From contig NC_091979.1 in assembly GCF_044704955.1 (NCBI RefSeq), positions 141,918,001 to 141,982,000 of the forward strand: DNA of 64,000 nt. Reading direction: 5' to 3'. Below, piece by piece: positions 59,708 to 64,000 of the stretch. How positions within the stretch are numbered: position 1 is the first letter of the stretch; each line of letters starts with the position of its first letter. Made by a program: the position numbers and the translations under genes. The DNA is from Pristiophorus japonicus. Taxonomy: Eukaryota. The notes under the pieces are model-generated. The model made no database searches and had not been told where the DNA came from. It saw nothing but the letters and a program-made list of their open reading frames with translations.

Positions 59708-61149
59708 GTAAGTGGCATTTCTTTGATTTTCCTAGTCAAGACTCACTTTAGCTCAGCAAAAATCACATTCTGTGTAGGTAGCAATGAAAGTGATTGGGGA
59801 AAACAAGTGTTTTTTTTCTTCAGAGTGTTGTCCCAAATTAGTTCATGTACTGACAGTTGGAAAGTGCCTAAAATTAGTCGGAAATGTACCAGATCTTTTC
59901 AATAAGATTCTGGTAATGGCACCTGAATTCTCTAAAACCTTGTGAGAACATATCCCTCCCTATAGGATAAGGAAAACCAGGTTTTGTAACATATATGTCT
60001 GGATTGTTAGCTTTATTAGAGAAAGTTTAGTAAAAATGTGTATTATTTTCCAAGTTAAATTGAGAAAAATTTCTAAAATTCAGAAAGGCTAACTCAATGG
60101 TTCGTAATTAATGTTTGAACAATCATTATTATATTGTTGAATTTGGCTGTTTTTATTACTTACCAACTCACAATGCAGCATCAAAGAAATTTGTAGATTG
60201 CACTTTGATAGGTTGTTTTCTCAAAATATGATTCATGCAATTGACTTCAATATTTTAATGTCATCTGTACAATCCTTCACATTGATACTTGACACCAGTG
60301 AAAATAAAAGTACATAGTAAAATATTTTTAACCTTATGAACACGATGACCTTATAACAATAATAAACGATCAATGAGATTCCAGTTCCTTTGCTGGCATC
60401 ACTCACTGAAACAAGTATCATAATATTTGCTCCTTTATATTTAACAATTATTAAGGAATTACAAAAAAAGATATTTTTCTTTAACTGAATCATTGTTCCA
60501 GAAAAGTGCCAAATTATGGCCTTTTAGTTCATATCCAGTTTAGTTTAGATCCAGAAGATCTGTCATAATAAATCTGATGATTAATGAGACACACTGTTAC
60601 TGTATCACACAGTGTGATAGTATCTACTGCTCTATACCCCACTACTGTTTTGGGGATTTTGTGCCTGGTACACCACACGCAGCTTGGAACTATGTTCACC
60701 CTATCCATTAGATGGTGAAGTCTTGACCCTCACCTACCCATTAGGTATTCTAACTCCTGGGTGAGACAAAGAAAAACCTGTGATCAATATCAAGAAAAAT
60801 TTAATAGGAATTCCTCACCGGCTCCTCGGGCAATCAAGCGCATTCCAGGATATCATGACAACTCATAACGCCTCAATAGGCAGACTTGAACTAACATTCC
60901 CCCTCTCTCCCTGTGGTATATCCCAAATCCTTTAGAAGATAGGACAACAGAGGACCAGAAGCAACCATCTCCAATGAATTGGTCTACAAGGTCACAGACG
61001 TTTTATTCCCCCTCGCCTCTGATATCTTTCAGCAATCCTATCCACCAAACATTAAACCATCACCCTCATAACTTATTTCATTCCCTATTTTCACTGCCTC
61101 TCCTGGTAGACTATTCAACACATTTACTGTCCTCTAAGTACAGAAATAT

Positions 61150-61889
61150 GGGGCCGAAATTCACCCCTGCCAGAAACGGATCATACCTACCATTTTTGAT
61201 GTGTTTTTGGTGGCCCATTTTGCTCTTTGTTGTTTTTTTTCCGAGCAGGGGGGAAGTCGGTCATAATGGGGGCGGGAACGGAGATACCGTCATAATGGGG
61301 GCGGAAGTGGAGGCTGGAATGACTCTCCAATGCTGTCAGTCATCGGCGCCGGGCTGGTGATGTCATCGCGCTGGCCCGTCAACACGTCTCTCCCCTTCTG
61401 TTAAAGGAGAGAGCCGCTGCAAGCTCCACAGCTTTTTAAGTTAGGTCCACTGGACCACCAGGGAGAATTTCGGCCAGGCCAGCGCCCTGGCACCCAAGAG
61501 GGGGTGCCAGGCTTCCTGTTGGCGGCTCGGCCAAACCCGGAGGCATAGCAGTCGGCTGACAAAAAAAAAAGATGGCGGTCGTGTCAATATGCCCTCCCTT
61601 TTAATGTAGGCCGCACCGCCATTTTACACACAGTGCAAACACAGTGCACCGACAGAAAAAACTGTCCGGGACACTGAGTGGCAGCCGGAAGATTTCCGAA
61701 GGTAATTTTTGCTTGCGAGACGGGACATCAGTGATGGCGCACTTAGGAGGGTGTGGGGGGAGCGGGGCAGATATGGTGACCGCCGGACAATTTCGCGAGC
61801 GGCGGCTATTCAACTACAAATTGGCGGCTATTAGACGCCGCTGCTTTCCAGCGGTAACAGACAATATCGGGAGGCTGAATTTCAGCCCC
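61150..61889. mobile_element. Non-autonomous Harbinger-type DNA transposon (MITE), 740 bp
   Basis: 14-bp TIRs GGGGCCGAAATTCA / TGAATTTCAGCCCC (1 mismatch) and a 3-bp TSD TAT (61147-61149, 61890-61892). CpG-rich non-coding body. Confidence 0.85.
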
Positions 61890-62230
61890 TATACCTTAAT
61901 TGAGTGTTCTTCATCTTGTCTCCCAAGTACACTAAAATGCAAAATTGGATATAGGTCCAGAATTTAGTGATGGTTCCTGCTAGTTTATTCATTGTACTGA
62001 ATATTCACATGAGATACACATGTGCCCTGCAGCATTCTCTTTTGTGGTGTATCTTTTTGGTATTAAAAGTCTTAACTATTACTTAAGCTGTTTGGTTGTT
62101 GAGTACTTTGTAACCAGGACTCATTTGCTGCATTTGAAGTGGATTTTGCATCTATTCTTGATAAACGTAATTTAAATTTATAATAAAGTTAAAAATAACC
62201 ATTCATGCCTCTTGTCTGTATATGAAACAG

Positions 62231-62413
62231 GAAAACAATGGGTTTGACAGGATAGAAGTACGAGACAATGGCAATGGAATCAAAGCTGTTGATGCCCCTT
62301 TCATGGGACTCAAACATTACACATCTAAAATTAGTCATCATGAGGACTTGGAAGCTCTAGTAACGTATGGATTTCGTGGTGAAGCTTTGGGTTCTATCTG
62401 TGCTGTGTCTGAG
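62231..62413 (+). CDS. PMS1: PMS1 coding exon 2 (183 nt); gene continues beyond the window
   Basis: aacag|[61 protein letters not shown]|gtaaga. Contains MutL DNG, TSK and GFRGEAL motifs; phase 0 matches exon 1. Confidence 0.96.
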
Positions 62414-64000
62414 GTAAGAGAGTGATAGTTTATCAAACGCTATCGAGGCTGCCACATTCTGATTGCTTCGGTAGCAATTCAGTGTGTTCATTATCAACAA
62501 GCTAGCAATTAACATATGCTGTGGTGTAGTGAGTCAGGGTGCCATTTTGTGGCACTCTGAATTGCTAAGAAATTCAGTTCCCCGTTCTACAAAGTTGGTG
62601 TTTTTAGTTGTAAAGCTACAGAAAGACACCGAGAAGAAACCAGTTGTCTTCCTGCATGGGATGAATGAAAATTTGCAGGTCTATGGGGAAAGACTAGGGA
62701 AATGGGACTAATTGGAAAATTGGATAGTTCTTTCAAAGAGCCGGCACAGGCACAATGGTCGAATGGCCTCCTGTGCTGTATCGTTCTATGAAAAGTATCC
62801 TGGTGCACAGTTAGATTTCAAAAATAAACTTTTAACTCTCTTTAATGCTCCGAGAGAAGCAATGCAGCTGCTTGTGTCTAGTAACATTAAGAATTAGTTA
62901 CCCAGAGAGTCGATCTCTACATGTGTCCAAGAATGTATGCCCAGTACTTGGCCACCGAGCTCAATGTGAGGAGCAGCCACAAATATAACTGGGACTGACA
63001 GCTGTGCAATGCAGTATACACATACTGGTATCTGTAGAATAGCAGCAGTCAAATATACTGTTTCTGTAGTGCGAAGTACCACTTCCAGGTCTGGAGAGTG
63101 AGCAGGGAACCATTACAAGGTCTTTCCAATGACAGCTCCTGAGCTAACCCCAAGGAGATGTACAACAGTTCCTAGTACGACCAAATGTATTATTCTACTC
63201 ATTGCACCACCAGTTATAAAGCACATGCAATTCTCTGATTAAAACAATTTTGATTCAAGGTTCATAGAAGTCACAGATTTAATACCAGAGCCCTGAAAAT
63301 TGTGAGCTACTCCTGATTGAGTCTTGCTTGACAGAAGTGCAGATCAGAGAACAGTAATGCTTCTGATTATTCAACCATTAAAGTAAATGGCCAGAAAATT
63401 AGGATTGTCATGAATTGACTTCCACGCTCGATTCTCAGATCTGCGGTCCTGTTGAGTGAGACCCCACACCAGGAGGGGGATCTTGCCATGCTGACGCTTG
63501 ATTTGAAGTTTGATGTTTGATTTGAAACAATTATTAAATTACCAGTAGATTTCCTGTGACGTTGTTAATAGTGAGTGTTGACACTGTTTTATAACAATAG
63601 CAGTGTAATGAACAAAATCTTACTTGAGGCAAATGTGTTCATAGATATAGCAAAATTGTAATTGAGGAATTGGTACCATTATTGAATTATTCACATTTTT
63701 TCAAGTCCACTGTCAAATGATTAATGTATAATTTTATTTAGCAGCACTACCGCTACAAGGAGAATATTTACTTCATCTTTCTCAAGAAATTGAAGTGCAG
63801 TGAATTGTTACTCCAATATAGTAGGACGCGGGTGTATGCCTGTGATTTCCCCGCACAGTTACTTCCTGACCTCAGCTAGGTTACTTGGGGAGCTCATTTA
63901 GTCTGTTCTCACATACTTCCTAATAGTCATCGACAGACTGGGGCAGGGGTTAAAGACACAAAATAACTTTCTTAAAACACCATTGAAAACTTAATACTTC

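Noticed and set aside
59708-59905. Extension of the PMS1 ORF to 109 aa
   Set aside because: Read-through into the intron past the GTAAGT donor; homology stops at VKL.
60610-61125. Possible additional solo LTR in the PMS1 intron
   Set aside because: I could not identify matching TG/CA termini with a TSD.

Overview
Eukaryotic, vertebrate genomic DNA. The repeat content (abundant CR1 LINEs, Deu-domain SINEs, Mag-type Gypsy, Harbinger) suggests a cartilaginous fish; this is inference. Three host genes are supported. ADAT3 is on the + strand with a single coding exon (26997-28061) and a CpG-island first exon near 23.2-23.6 kb. ORMDL1 is on the - strand with a complete 153-aa CDS in three exons. 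The first two coding exons of PMS1 are on the + strand, head-to-head with ORMDL1 across a CpG island at about 52.4-52.7 kb. Most of the rest is transposable elements. The first 23 kb is a nested stack: an RTE tail, a decayed Harbinger with a 70-bp fold-back insertion, a host CR1 interrupted by a CR1 fragment, a full-length Gypsy and a near-full-length CR1, then a second Gypsy. The most interesting observation is at 11353-12667. Two Tx1-clade retrotransposon 3' ends sit in tandem at the same 14-bp site inside a CR1 reverse-transcriptase gene, and their 3' termini resemble the empty homologous site in other CR1 copies. This is the signature expected of a sequence-specific retrotransposon that targets another LINE. 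No prokaryotic systems, CRISPR arrays, rRNA or tRNA genes were seen. All calls are by eye. Boundaries of old repeats are approximate, and comparisons to known proteins are from memory, not from searches.
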